DNA from: Bugula neritina
Lineage: Eukaryota > Animalia > Bryozoa
DNA: 64,000 nucleotides
Assembly (NCBI GenBank): GCA_964035545.1
Contig: OZ037769.1
Span: 13,732,633 to 13,796,632 of the forward strand
Direction of reading: 5' to 3'
Shown here: positions 25,175 to 37,367 of the stretch, in pieces
Position numbering within the stretch: position 1 is the stretch's first letter
Layout: each line of letters starts with the position of its first letter
Program-made: the position numbers and the translations under genes
The notes under the pieces: generated by a model
The model's input: the letters and a program-made list of their open reading frames with translations, nothing else
What the model was told of the DNA's origin: nothing
The model's database searches: none

Positions 25175-25757
25175 CTATTCAGCTAGAAATTTGAACTCAC
25201 AGTTGGTATTTCTTTATTGGATCACATCTTTTATCATATACTCAGAATAATATTCTGTTTAATGAGACCTTAAAAAGCTGCCACAACAAGACAAAAATAG
25301 TTGGCTAAAATTTTATTAGAAAAATATTTCATGTTTCAAGCATTTAATAAACTCTCAGCTAGCTGCTAGTATAGTACCCAGTATTTGTAAATATGCTATA
25401 GACCTACTTAGAAAAATATTCTGTTTATTACTCACAGCCTCCTATGTCACTGCAGCATCCACAGAGTCCTGTAGAAAACTCTCTGACATTCTGCGGATAA
25501 GGCAAAGGATTTATTGGTGCTGCTTGATTTACAAACACAGTCGTGCTATTCTGCATTTGATTCATAGGCATAGCCATTGGACCCACGGAGTTTGGTTGTT
25601 GGTAGAAGCCTGGAACTGGTTGCTGGTATGGGCCTGCAGGTGCTTGTTGATATTGGCCTGCAGGTGCTTGTTGATATGGAGCTGCAGGTGCTTGTTGATA
25701 TGGAGCTGCAGGTGCTTGTGGTTGTGCATACTCTGGAGGTTTCTCAGTGTCGGCCAT
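23308..25757 (-). CDS. PLAC8/cornifelin-family protein P2, 189 aa (exons 25757-25436, 23880-23726, 23400-23308)
   Basis: MADTEKPPEY...REFSTGLCGCCSDIGG/CCNAWFCFPCFACSVASRMGEDCCCGC.../GSIFEDYYCAIYCRDLAMCQMDRELKNHGL*; same 155-nt and 93-nt exons as P1. Confidence 0.93.
24181..24490 (+). mobile_element. Dimeric tRNA-derived repeat (family 1)
   Basis: Two tRNA-like units (TAATGGTAGCACACTTGCTTGC...GGACTCGGGTTyGATTCyCAGT) flank a ~130-bp internal segment. Confidence 0.75.
25118..25173. repeat. (TA)n microsatellite in P2 intron 1
   Basis: Direct inspection; a homologous shorter tract lies at ~4776-4791 in P1. Confidence 0.95.
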
Positions 25758-28700
25758 TTTTTACTAGCTTACAGAGTAAAAACTACAACATTTATTGTAT
25801 GAGTTACAGCAGTTGGATAGCTTTATTATGAAATTGTACCGTTTTGCCTTATAACCTTGAATGAGTTTTTTATAAATAACAAAACTGAAAGCTCCATATT
25901 TGAAAAACATAACTTCAGAAACTAAATTTATAGAGTTGTTGGTATTGCCATGCTTATTAAAATTTTGTAAGTGCTTGCTTTTGGGTATTGAGCTTCTTAG
26001 GACAGAGGAAGCTTATATTTCATAATGTCATTGAGTACTGTATCAATATCATGCTGTTCAGTATTATAGTATTAATATTGTGATCAATACAGTTGTGTAA
26101 ACACAACGCATTGTGAATATATATCTGGCAGTTTTACAGCGCATAAGTGCTTTTTCTTAGGCTACAGTAATTCTTCAAGTAGCATAATAAAATATGATAC
26201 TCTAAATTATCTTCTAGAATTTTGTATACCGTAGTAATAATTATTTAAGAAAACTTAACACTGTAGGGAATTTGAGGGAATATACAACTATCCTTTACGG
26301 ACACAGATTTATAATCATTTTCTTAATTTTTAATATATCAATCCTAAAACATGAAATCATTGCAGTATTTTATTTATTCTATTTGTTTATTTTACTTTGC
26401 ATTTAACAAAACTTAAATTCTATAATTGTTCTCGACCAACGCAGGTAAAAGTCAGCAAAACTAATTGGAAGGAAGTTGGAGAATTAGCTCCTTGAAACGA
26501 AATAAAAATTATTCTGGTTGGTCAATTTTCCAGAAACCTTTTAAGCTAAAATATTGTGGATGCTGATCAATAATTCCATATAGCATATTTCACTCTACAT
26601 ACTGAACGACTTTCATTTTATTTTATTTTAGATTATTGAGTAAATCCATAACTGCGAAGCCAATAATTACCCATGTACTTGGTTTGCACAAGATAAAACT
26701 GCAAATATCAGCAAAATCACTCACAGCTACCGCAGCTTAACTGCACCAGGATTTCATTGCTGCAAGAACATAAATTGTATTTAAGTTGACGCTGCCTTGC
26801 TAATATCTATCTGAGATTATTCTAATGGCTAATTTTGTAAGAATTACTCTGCAGGGTCAAGATTAGCTGTTGTCTCAACTTTCATCATTTCATGTTACAA
26901 TGTACTCTTTTGCAGCGTTTCCTATTTATTCAGCTTATTCGTGTCAACTCAAATTTACATAATTTATATATAATTTATATATAATTTATTTACACACTCA
27001 CCTTTAACAGATCCTTGTAGATATATTGAAAGATGCCAACTCAACTCGTATGACAGACAGAAGTTAAAATTCTAATATCATTTTTATTTACCTCAGTTTC
27101 AGCCGTCCAATGAAATTGCAGTTTTACGGCACATTATCTTATTTTGGCAGTTTGTCTAGCTCAATTGCAGCTCCTATAACCGGCACCCTGGCTGAGCAAA
27201 TAGTGCTTTAGAACTGAAAATCCACTTAAAGGTAATAGTAAGTTAAGTGGTGTTTCATTTTTATCAATAGTCAAAACCACTTGAATCAAACAATTTTTAA
27301 GTAATGATATGGTGCATCTTTTGTTTTTAATTATGCAATTTTTGAACTTCATATTCCGGTCGTATGTAATAAGTTGCAATGACAACTGACTTTCAAATAG
27401 CTTGTGTTCTAGATATGAAACCTGGTTAAAAAATTGTGTTTTACCAAGTTTTTCAACATTGTGTCAAACTATCTATAAGGTTTAAATGTCCAAAAAGTGC
27501 CAAACGAGAAACTTCAGCGCCTCTACCAAGCATTTCTTTTTTCTCGTATTTTTGTTGACCCTCTATATTAGAAACACTCACAAATCTACTTAATCAGGTA
27601 AATTTTGCATCACTTTATTGAGCATTTATATTAAGTAAAAAGAGTAGCATTAAGGCTACTGAGGGGCTATACCCAATCTCAAGTAGACCTTTGGGGAGAG
27701 TGCAATTATATGAAAACGGCAATTTATAGAGAGTGAGAGAGAAATTTAAAGCAAAGTTATTGAAAACTAAAAATAATTTCTGCTGTTTTGCATTTCTTCA
27801 ACTACTAATATCTTATATTTAATTTGCACCATTCGGTGTGTAGATCAGTAGCAAGTCTCTAGCACACCCTATTCTCTAGTGCCCCATTTAACAGGCAAAA
27901 GATTAACTGACATGCAGACATAGCATCATCCCTACACTTTTGCAGTGTAATCTTTATCAACTAAGGGTCCTCATTGGCATTTGTGCAAATAAGGCGTTCT
28001 CTCAACACTTAAATAATTAGCGTCATAAAATCTCTGATTCCTTGAATACTCAAGAATTCTACTGCAGTGATTAGACGCACTGTTCCCAACCGAGTTCTTG
28101 GAAACTGTTTTAACTTGTATAGCTGCATTGCACTATAACTTAACCAGTTTTATCTGTATATATCTACTTCGTGCAGTTACATGAGCCTTTATATTATGCT
28201 TAAGCACCTTTACATTAGCATTTCACACAGCCTACTAGTTTTTGAATAATCGCTTTTATCATTATATTACAATAAAGCTTACGCAACCTCACAAAGCAGC
28301 AGAATCGGTCACCACATGCACACATAGTAGGGATATTCTATTCTCCTCCTTGCACGATTATGCTTCAAGTTTTGCAATGCTTATGTATTTGCTGTCAATT
28401 TTACATAGTCAGCTATGGAGTGCCAAATAGTCAAAAGATCACTCATTGTTGTATCCCATACATGCTTACAACAAAGTATCTAGCTATTATTCTTCTTCAT
28501 ATGCTCACAAAACGCACTCAACAGTCTATAATAACTTTCTCTCCTACCCCCATTATTCATGCTCTTGGGTATATTATTTGGTTTCACGTTGTTATTATTT
28601 ATTCCCACACCATTCTTTCTCTCTTTTTGACCAGTTAGCAGCCATTATTTACTTATTTTTCATCAATTTCATTAATAGACACATTGGTAGGTAAATTGCT

Positions 28701-28779
28701 TGTTTCATACTATACTGTTTCCTCACGTTTGCTAAAAGCTACACACAATCCTTTAACAACATTATAGGATTTCCTCCTT

Positions 28780-29163
28780 ATGTTTGCTATATATTATATG
28801 TTATCTACATTATATTAAGGATTGGCATTTTTGCTATCATTTCTCAGCCTTTTTATCAGATTTCACCCCACCTTAATTAAGCCAGTCTGAAACAATATAA
28901 GGACTTGTCAGCTTATCACACCAAAATCAACAGTTTACTTTACCAAACCCAAACTATTATGAATAAACAGCCTGATGTTTGCTATATATAATATGTTATC
29001 TACATTATATTAAGGATTGGCATTTTTGCTATCATTTCTCAGCCTTTTTATCAAACTTTACCCCACTTTAAGCCAGTCTGAATCAATATAAAGACTTGTC
29101 AGCTTATCACACCAAAATCAACAGTTTTCTTTACCAAACCCAAACTATTATGAATAAACAGCC
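28780..29163. repeat. Tandem duplication of a ~190-bp unit
   Basis: 28780-28972 and 28975-29163 are near-identical (ATGTTTGCTATATA...GAATAAACAGCC). Confidence 0.9.
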
Positions 29164-30078
29164 ATAAACCAAGGTTGGTGTCACTAAAGATCCCATGCAT
29201 GCATTTTTATTGTTTCAACACTAATTTTCACTTTGCTTTTTATTGAGCATATGGTAGTATTTCTATCTAACATTTGATTGCAGTACTAATTGCTGAATAA
29301 ATCTCACATTGGACCAATCTCAATGCCATCATAGTAGCAAGTCAATTTGCTGAATTGACTCTTGTGCAAAGGCAGGTACTTTTGTTAAACAACTATATTA
29401 CAAAGGTGTAGTATTATGACCAATGTATTTTATTGTGTGTAGGACATGTACTCTGGTTGAATGGTACCTACAAGGCAAGTGAAAAGCATATAACACTGAT
29501 CAAAAATAGCTATGATAATTATTTAGCTGAAAGCTTTTCATGGCTTTTTCATGAATAGCCTTAACATAGCTATATATTACTACAACACAACATATGAATA
29601 TACAACACTAACAACTGGTACTTTCTTTGTATCACTGCACTCCTCTAGTATTTTTGTAGCGTCATATTGTTAATTCAGTTAATTATCTTCCCTTGCTGTT
29701 ACATACAGGGAGAGTACAACTCTATTTAAGTAAATCTATGGTCGCATTAAGATGAATAATATAGTGTAGAATTGTAGCCTGCATGAATGTAGAAATATAT
29801 TAAAGAGAGCGTGTGAATAAAAGAATATAGAGTGGCAGAGTGAAGGACTGCAGACACAGAGGTGTGTGAAAACAAGGCTTTGCGTATACAGACTTTGCTT
29901 TAGGACAATAAAATTATCAAGAACCAGAATATTTAAAAGAACAAAAGCTTTATTGAAACATAAGAAACAGTAGCTAGTGATACAGAGTATATTTGCAATT
30001 GTTTTATCATATGCATTATGTTATGTATAGTGCTGGAAAAAGTCTGTTTTTCAGAACAATATGCAACAAGTAAAATAT

Positions 30079-31063
30079 TTAAAGTCCGTGATTCTTCAAC
30101 TCCCGGTTCATCTGGCACATTGCTAAGTTACTGCACCATGCCGTCATGCAGCAGTCTCCACAAATGGAGCCCTGCAATATGAATAATAGAATTGGTCTAA
30201 TGAAAATCAAAATGAGGCAAGTCATGTTTTTTAAAACTAAGAAACTTTCCAAGTTGACAGAATCAATTCTCAGTCATATAATGTAACTATGTACTATATG
30301 CCTGGTGCAGTAGTGTGGGGACATGCAGGCTGATAATTTTAGCAACTACGAATATATTTCTCCATTTACATTAAATGTTCTATGCAAACTTACTTTTATC
30401 CCAAACATAGTTCGGAGTTTTGTTCTCATGGCAACCCAGCTGACTGGGGCAAGGCAGCACCCAGCCCCACAACCACAGCAGCAGTCTTCTCCCATACGAC
30501 TGGCTGTGCTGCAGGCAAAGCAAGGAAAACACCACCATGCATAGCAACCTGCAATAGAAATTTATATTTCAACTGAAAATGTGCAAATACACGCTTTTCA
30601 GTGTGTATCCCTGCATTTATTTATTTGTCACCAAAAAATAAAGCACACACCTAAAATGGCCTTTAAGGAAAAATCAAACGTGTATCTTGTAGCTGCAAGT
30701 ATTATTTGAATTCAGCTTAGAAAATCAATTTTTTAAAACGGGCACCTGTAAAAAAACATTTTTGTTTAATATAAAAAACTCACAGCTACCGATATCACTA
30801 CAGCATTCGCATAGTCCAGTGGAGAAATCTCGGATATTTTGTGGATAAGGTCCTCTAGCGGCATTTTTCAATTCAGCCTGCACTTGTATCATAGGCATAG
30901 AAACTACTGAAGCAGATGGCATCTGAAAGCCTATTGGCTGTTGATGAAAAGGTTCAGCAGGTGGTTGCTGAAATCCTATTGGCTGCTGACGAACAGGCTC
31001 GGCAGGTGGTTGCTGGTAGCACTGAGGTGACTCCAGAAGTTTTTCATGAGATAGAGATGACAT
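30079..31063 (-). CDS. PLAC8/cornifelin-family protein P3, 175 aa (exons 31063-30784, 30548-30394, 30171-30079)
   Basis: MSSLSHEKLL...RDFSTGLCECCSDIGS/CCYAWWCFPCFACSTASRMGEDCCCGC.../GSICGDCCMTAWCSNLAMCQMNRELKNHGL*. Confidence 0.92.
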
Positions 31064-33965
31064 AGCCGTTGTGATTTTACTGAAATTACGCAAAATTGAA
31101 AGCCCACAAAATTAAATGGAACTATCGCATCTATACTGAAAATGCTCTACCAAAGAACACCCATTACTAAATGTAATACTCCTAAATTATTTTGGAGTGC
31201 AGAATACTCTTGATAATTGATTACATTCACAAAAATAAATTATTATTTAATATAAATTACTGTTATTATATTAAACATATAACTATAATATCAACATTAT
31301 TATAGATTACTGAATCAAATGAATTTGTATAATAGTCCATTGTTACTTGTAATTTAAATCGGTTATGATATTATTTATTAAATATTGTAAAACATGTTGC
31401 GTGTTCAAAAAGTCAAATTAGAAATTGCTGTCTATTTTGAATAAATGCAATATTTGCTTGAAGCTTAATTCACTTTTTGCTGGAAAATATTTGGATGATG
31501 ACATTTTATTAATTTTTCACAAATTTGAAAAAACTAGAGTCAATATAGTTTAATTTAAGCTTATTCACATAAAATTTATGTAAATAAACTATTAGTATTA
31601 GTATTTAACTATTACTAGTATCATATTTATGATAAATATCAATAGGATACTATTAGTATTACATTTACTATTACTCTTACTCTTAGACTCTTAGTGTTAC
31701 TATTACTAATACTATTAGTATTACATTTACTATTAGTATTACTAATAGTATTACTATTAGTAATATTAATACTTATACTAAATCTAATAGCACAGCTATA
31801 AGTAAATGTAACACTAATATAATTAACATTAGGGTGATTTACTGATTAGCATAATCACTTAAAAGTTAATGATAATGACAACCAATACCATGCATAAAGA
31901 TAATCACAATGACAATCACAGCAAAAAACGACAGGAGTCGTAATCTAAATTATAAATAAATGTATGATCATCATCATTATGATTATCAATATGTTGATAT
32001 CATTTTTATCGCTTTTTGATTATAATTATCATTATGCTCATGATTTTTATTTATTTATTATTATCATTATGATATTCATAGTAAAAATAAAATAATTAAT
32101 AGTAAATAATAATATTATCATTTAATTTTATGCACTTAGAATAATTACTTATCCGTTATCACTTATAGTAAATTATCAAGATCTTATTATAAAAAATGTT
32201 TTGCATGTTGTTCAGAAAGGAATTATCGATTTATTAAAAATTCAATAATATAAAATAGGTTGGTATTCAGTTATCGAGTGGACAGAAGCCAGAGCCCTGC
32301 GAGCTGGCTGTGCCAGTCTTCTGCTCGTTGACTCATGGGTCACGTGCGAAGTTAGTGAGACTATGTAGTAGCAAGCTTATTGAAGATATTACATGTAATT
32401 ATAATCTAGAGACGAACGCGGTCGTTAGGTTGTAAATTAGAAGTTGTCTTTCATCTTAAGAAAATGCGGCTCTCCCCAGTCCCATGTTAACAGCTGCGAA
32501 CTGGAATTGTCTGACCTATGTTGTACACTTGAAATCTGCACCACTAATAGTAGTTAACTTATAGACACTTAATAATGAGCAGAAAATTCGGGATTTTGCG
32601 AATCTATAAACTATTAACTAAAAAATGAACATTTAAGTTTATTGATAGTCAAACAATTTTTAAAAGAAAAATTAAATTAGCATATATGGTGGAGAAATAA
32701 AAAGTAATTTCTTTTCAAATTGGAAAACATTACTAGCAGTTTGTAAAGCAAGATATTTGTTTTTTGGAATATTTTTGCCAAAATTAAACATTTTTCTGCA
32801 TTCTGTCATTTGAAAAAAAATCCACAGTAGATATACTATGTTTATCAGCAAGGAACAAATGCAATGGGTTAGAAATATTAGAGAGTGCAAACCGCATTTG
32901 ATGAAGACAATTTATGCAACAATGATGACTAGGTCATAATTTGATTATTAAATCTAATGCATGCAATATAAGTGTTGCTATCTTCAAGATATCTGAAGCA
33001 ATGAAAAGTAATATGCTGTAGCTTATAAATATATATTATCATTGCTTTTGTACTGATTTACAAAGTTTGAAAAATTAAACTTTGCAAGTAACAACTCAAT
33101 ATAAATGCTATTAAATTATAGCTGATGTGTCATGGGCTGCATCTACGCTTTTATTGAGCTGGGGCAGTACTAATTTTCTCAAGCTGCTTTTCTACCCTTT
33201 GCAATAAAATTCTAGCTTGCAAAAAACTAAACATTATTATTTATCTCACACTGAAGCTCATTGGAATTCAATCTGTATACCAGCATTAGAGGAGGGTAAA
33301 AATTATTAGAAGCATAGCATATACTTACTAAAATTCAAATGTACTATAAGTAGTTAGCTATTGATTAAAGTGTATTTGTAAATAGCATAGAGCTACAAAC
33401 AGCCATGTTAATCTCTTGAAATAGTATATAGACAAAAAGAATGCATATATATCTAGTCTATATTGCTTCTGTGCTGCATTGAAAGATCCACACATCCTGT
33501 ATGATATAAAGTCCTGGACTTGCCATAAGTATTAGCACAAAAATGGTGACTACTACATACTATCTCAGTTAATTTGTTTACTTAGTTAAGTGTCACAGTA
33601 TAAATGTTTTTATAGAATCACACAATCAGTAATTAACTGGCATTAGTCAAGTTATAGTTGTTAACAATATGTAATTAGCAGTCTTGGTTGAAGTCTAATA
33701 TATGCAGTCTCTAGTATTCTGAATTATATACTTGTATAGGGTGTTGTTTTATCTTAAGCCAATAGCACCAGGTTGGCTAGTCACTAACCCCATAAGCCAA
33801 TACTTCTAATAACATAAGTCACTTTAGTTAAAATTGAAAACAACAAATTTTATAAACAGTTAAAAGATGTTGAACTAAAATTTATATGTAAAAAATATAT
33901 AAAAAATATTATATGTAACTTTTAAAAATCCAGGCATATTTCTTAATTAATTGGTAAAAAATAAT

Positions 33966-34060
33966 TGCCCCCACCAGGATTCGAACCACAGACCTCAGGC
34001 TTGCAAGCAGGTACACTAACCAATAACGCCACAGGGACCGGTGGGCTAACCCATCACTAC
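33966..34060 (-). mobile_element. tRNA-derived repeat head (family 1)
   Basis: Minus strand reads GTAGTGATGGGTTAGCCCACC-GGTCCCTGTGGCGTTATTGGTTAG...GCTTGCAAGC...GGTTCGAATCCTGG. Confidence 0.65.
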
Positions 34061-34301
34061 AATTGGCTTCAGCCTGCACATAAGGTACAATATCATTTCA
34101 TCAGACAAATTTATGTGAATAATATAAAATAAACTTACAGCAGTAATTTTTTTTACAACTTTATAAATAAATATAAACAAAAATTAGTTCTACACTGTAT
34201 AAAACAACCTCCTTTGAATTATAAATTTAGTAATAGTATCGAGTTCATTGCCACGGTAATAGTCAAAAGTTGGAGATCCTCAGATAAACTAAACAACAAT
34301 A

Positions 34302-35591
34302 TTAATTAGTGAAACTGTAACTTCTATTATTATTATGATAACTTGTTCTAGCTCTTCTAAATGCTCCTCGCCGACGATTTACAAATTGCTTTCTAAACGC
34401 TGCTCCTTTCAACACAGGTTGACATTTGTACAGGTAAGAGTTATACTTGGAGCAGGACAAGCTACCTGTACACCTGCAACATAATTACTGAAAGTATAAA
34501 TCAGGTAGCATTTGAGTGTATAATGCATGGTGTTATAATATGAATATAATATTATAGTTCAAGCTCTTATTCTACCATGCAATGCAGTAGTTTGTCAGTT
34601 CAGCTATACTAATTGATAATTTTAATTATGTAAACATACGGAGTTTGTGTAATAAAATGTTAGAACATTTATACACAAGATCAGTTCCTGGAATCAAAAT
34701 CAAACATAGCGATTTTATGAAAAGGCCGGTGGTAATACAACGTTTTTTAAAAACTTCAATCTGATAACGTTTATTTTATTTTATAACAAGAAGCTTATAT
34801 AATTAAATTTTAATCTGCTTCAAAAAATATGATTTATTTAAAACATCAGTTAATGTAATTACTTGGGTGACACCGCATTTCCAAAATGACAATTGGAAAA
34901 CACTTATTTAGAAAACGGACAAATCACCAATATACAACTGGAAAATAGACAATTATAAAAATATACATTTGAAAAATAGATGTTAAAAAAATAGACATAT
35001 GGAAAATGAAGAATATCTAACATGGCGTAGTTTAAAAGGGGTATTCAGTATCTGCATGTCCGGGTCCAAAATAGCTTTCAAAAATAAATCTATAGAGGCT
35101 GAGTCAGTTAGGATATCATGAAAGCAGAATTAGTTATTGAATAGAGATTCAATTTAAAGTTACACACGTTTACAATTAGCTATTGTGGACCCTCTGGACT
35201 ATAGGCCATGTTGAATATCTTTCATTCTCCAAATGTCATTTAATGTCCGATTAATGTTTATTTTCCATTTGTCCATTTTCCAAATAGGTGTTTTCCAATT
35301 GTCATTTTTGAAATGCTGAGCATTCAATTACTTGATGCTCTGGCCAACAGTTTGGAAAGATGAAAATATTATCGAAATACTACTGTGTCAGCCATAAGTC
35401 TAAGTGACCCTGTGTGTACACACTGCGTGCAGTAAATAAGTATGCTTTATTATGTTTTTGGCTTACTTATTACATCCATCACATCGTTCCCCAATTTCCC
35501 GAGTTCGACCACAAGATGATTGTAAGCTTTGCATTACCAAGCACCCAGCAATCAGCAGAAATACAGTCAGTGCAGCAGATATAACCTTCAT
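34302..35591 (-). CDS. Secreted Cys-rich cationic peptide D, 98 aa (coding exons 35591-35467, 34473-34302; non-coding exon 1 ends 35752)
   Basis: MKVISAALTVFLLIAGCLVMQSLQSSCGRTREIGERCDGCN/KCTGSLSCSKYNSYLYKCQPVLKGAAFRKQFVNRRRGAFRRARTSYHNNNRSYSFTN*. Same phase-2 intron and the same conserved 5' and 3' UTR blocks as A-C. Confidence 0.83.
34866..35325. mobile_element. Mutator-like MITE (460 bp) in intron 2 of peptide gene D
   Basis: ~60-bp imperfect TIRs (GCATTTCCAAAATGACAATTGGAAAACAC...) and a 9-bp direct repeat AATTACTTG at 34857-34865 and 35326-35334. Confidence 0.75.
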
Positions 35592-36409
35592 CTCTGTTCT
35601 GTATAGAAATCTTTAATAAACATCAGTTATTATAGTTATACTATAACTGATAAGTAGCTTATATATGTGCATTCACTACACCACATTTTAAATATTGTCT
35701 GTAAACAAGGATAATATAAACCACTTACTTTTAATTATGGAGAAGTGCTACCTTCAGAGCAAAAGAGCAAGTGGCAGAGATGACAGCTCAGAGCAAGTGC
35801 TTGCAGAGGAATTGATGGTAGAGTGTTGAAAGGATTACTATATATCTGATACTAAAGATGTAAATTGTTACCAGCTGATGTTTTGACAAAGAACTATATA
35901 ACATATGAATAAAGATGATATATATTATGATAAATAATGAAAATAATATGATAAATAATAAAAAGATTATTATTATTATCACATAAAAAAGCTTAACAAT
36001 GTCAACATTTGCTGGGTTAGTATATATGGTAAATTAATTATTTCCAGTCAGATTTGGCAAAAACAAAATGTTATAATACTGGAAGAAATATTAAGCTGAT
36101 TATAATTAGCTATATATAGATAAAAAAGAAAAATAGGACCATAAAGCTATAATAAAGCTATCACTGTGTTTCCATGAATAGAGGTAGGTGCGGTAAGGGA
36201 GGAAAGACGGTGTTCTAGATTAGAAATGTATAATAAGAAGTTATGTTCATGTGAGAATTTAACCCCCCCCCCTTTTGAACCAAAATTTATAAGTAAAATT
36301 AAAGAACTTAGGCTATCTCAATTTCGCCTCTACCATGCTCATATAATATGTATTGCTCAATCTCAGTTGAAAGGTGCAGACTATTATTACATAGCAAAAC
36401 CATATGAAG

Positions 36410-36645
36410 TAAATGTGGGTTCAAATCCCAGTGAGCGCAAAATTATTTTATAACCTACTCCGGCTTTTGGTAAAGTGTAGTAGTAGTACTCTAAGGGAGT
36501 TGAGTGGCCAGGGGAGCCTGAAGACTGAAGGAGTAATAAAGAGGCAAATGAAGATCAGAGAATTGGGTGAGATGTATAGTGTTGTGATTACCCAGTAATG
36601 TTTGCATCCTGAGCTTTGAGTTCGAATCTCAATGGGGGCAAAAGT
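36410..36645 (+). mobile_element. Decayed dimeric tRNA-derived repeat (family 1)
   Basis: B-box, GGCCAGGGGAGCCTGAAGACTGAAGGAGTA body, second B-box (GAGTTCGAATCTC). Confidence 0.65.
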
Positions 36646-36972
36646 TTTACGTTAAATTTGCCTACTGAATCAACGGCAGCCATAAAATGCTTACACTATA
36701 TAACTGAAGTTGTATAATGCTTTTCACATTATAATGTTGTTTTTCTAATCACTTGCATTTTCTGAATCTAGAAATTCTAGATGAAGCTAGCAATTTATGC
36801 TCCACCCATATTAATTTATCACCTTTAAATATATCAGAAATAGACACAATTTAACAAAGTATCAGAGAAAGAGCCTTTGCTCATATAGAAATTCAACTGT
36901 GCAGGAGTTAGCTAATAATTTTATTGTGTTTGGCTTTAGATGTGAATCTGATGAAATGTTAGAAACTGAAAG

Positions 36973-37194
<222 letters not shown>

Positions 37195-37367
37195 GTATGC
37201 TGATTGTCAATCTAGTTGGAGTTCCAGCAAAGTAAAGTGCTCGATATCACGGGTGACAGAGCTAATATATTTTTAGAGAACATCTATAAATATGATCACT
37301 AAACTGTTAGTTATTAGTCAATTGGTGCCATTTCCCCAGCCGCTGTAAATTAACTCCAAAACTAGCT

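Noticed and set aside
26715-26770. Small AG...GTGAGT-bounded segment on the minus strand upstream of P2 that resembles a PLAC8 exon end
   Set aside because: No open PLAC8-like frame; it may be a 5'UTR exon but cannot be supported without transcripts.
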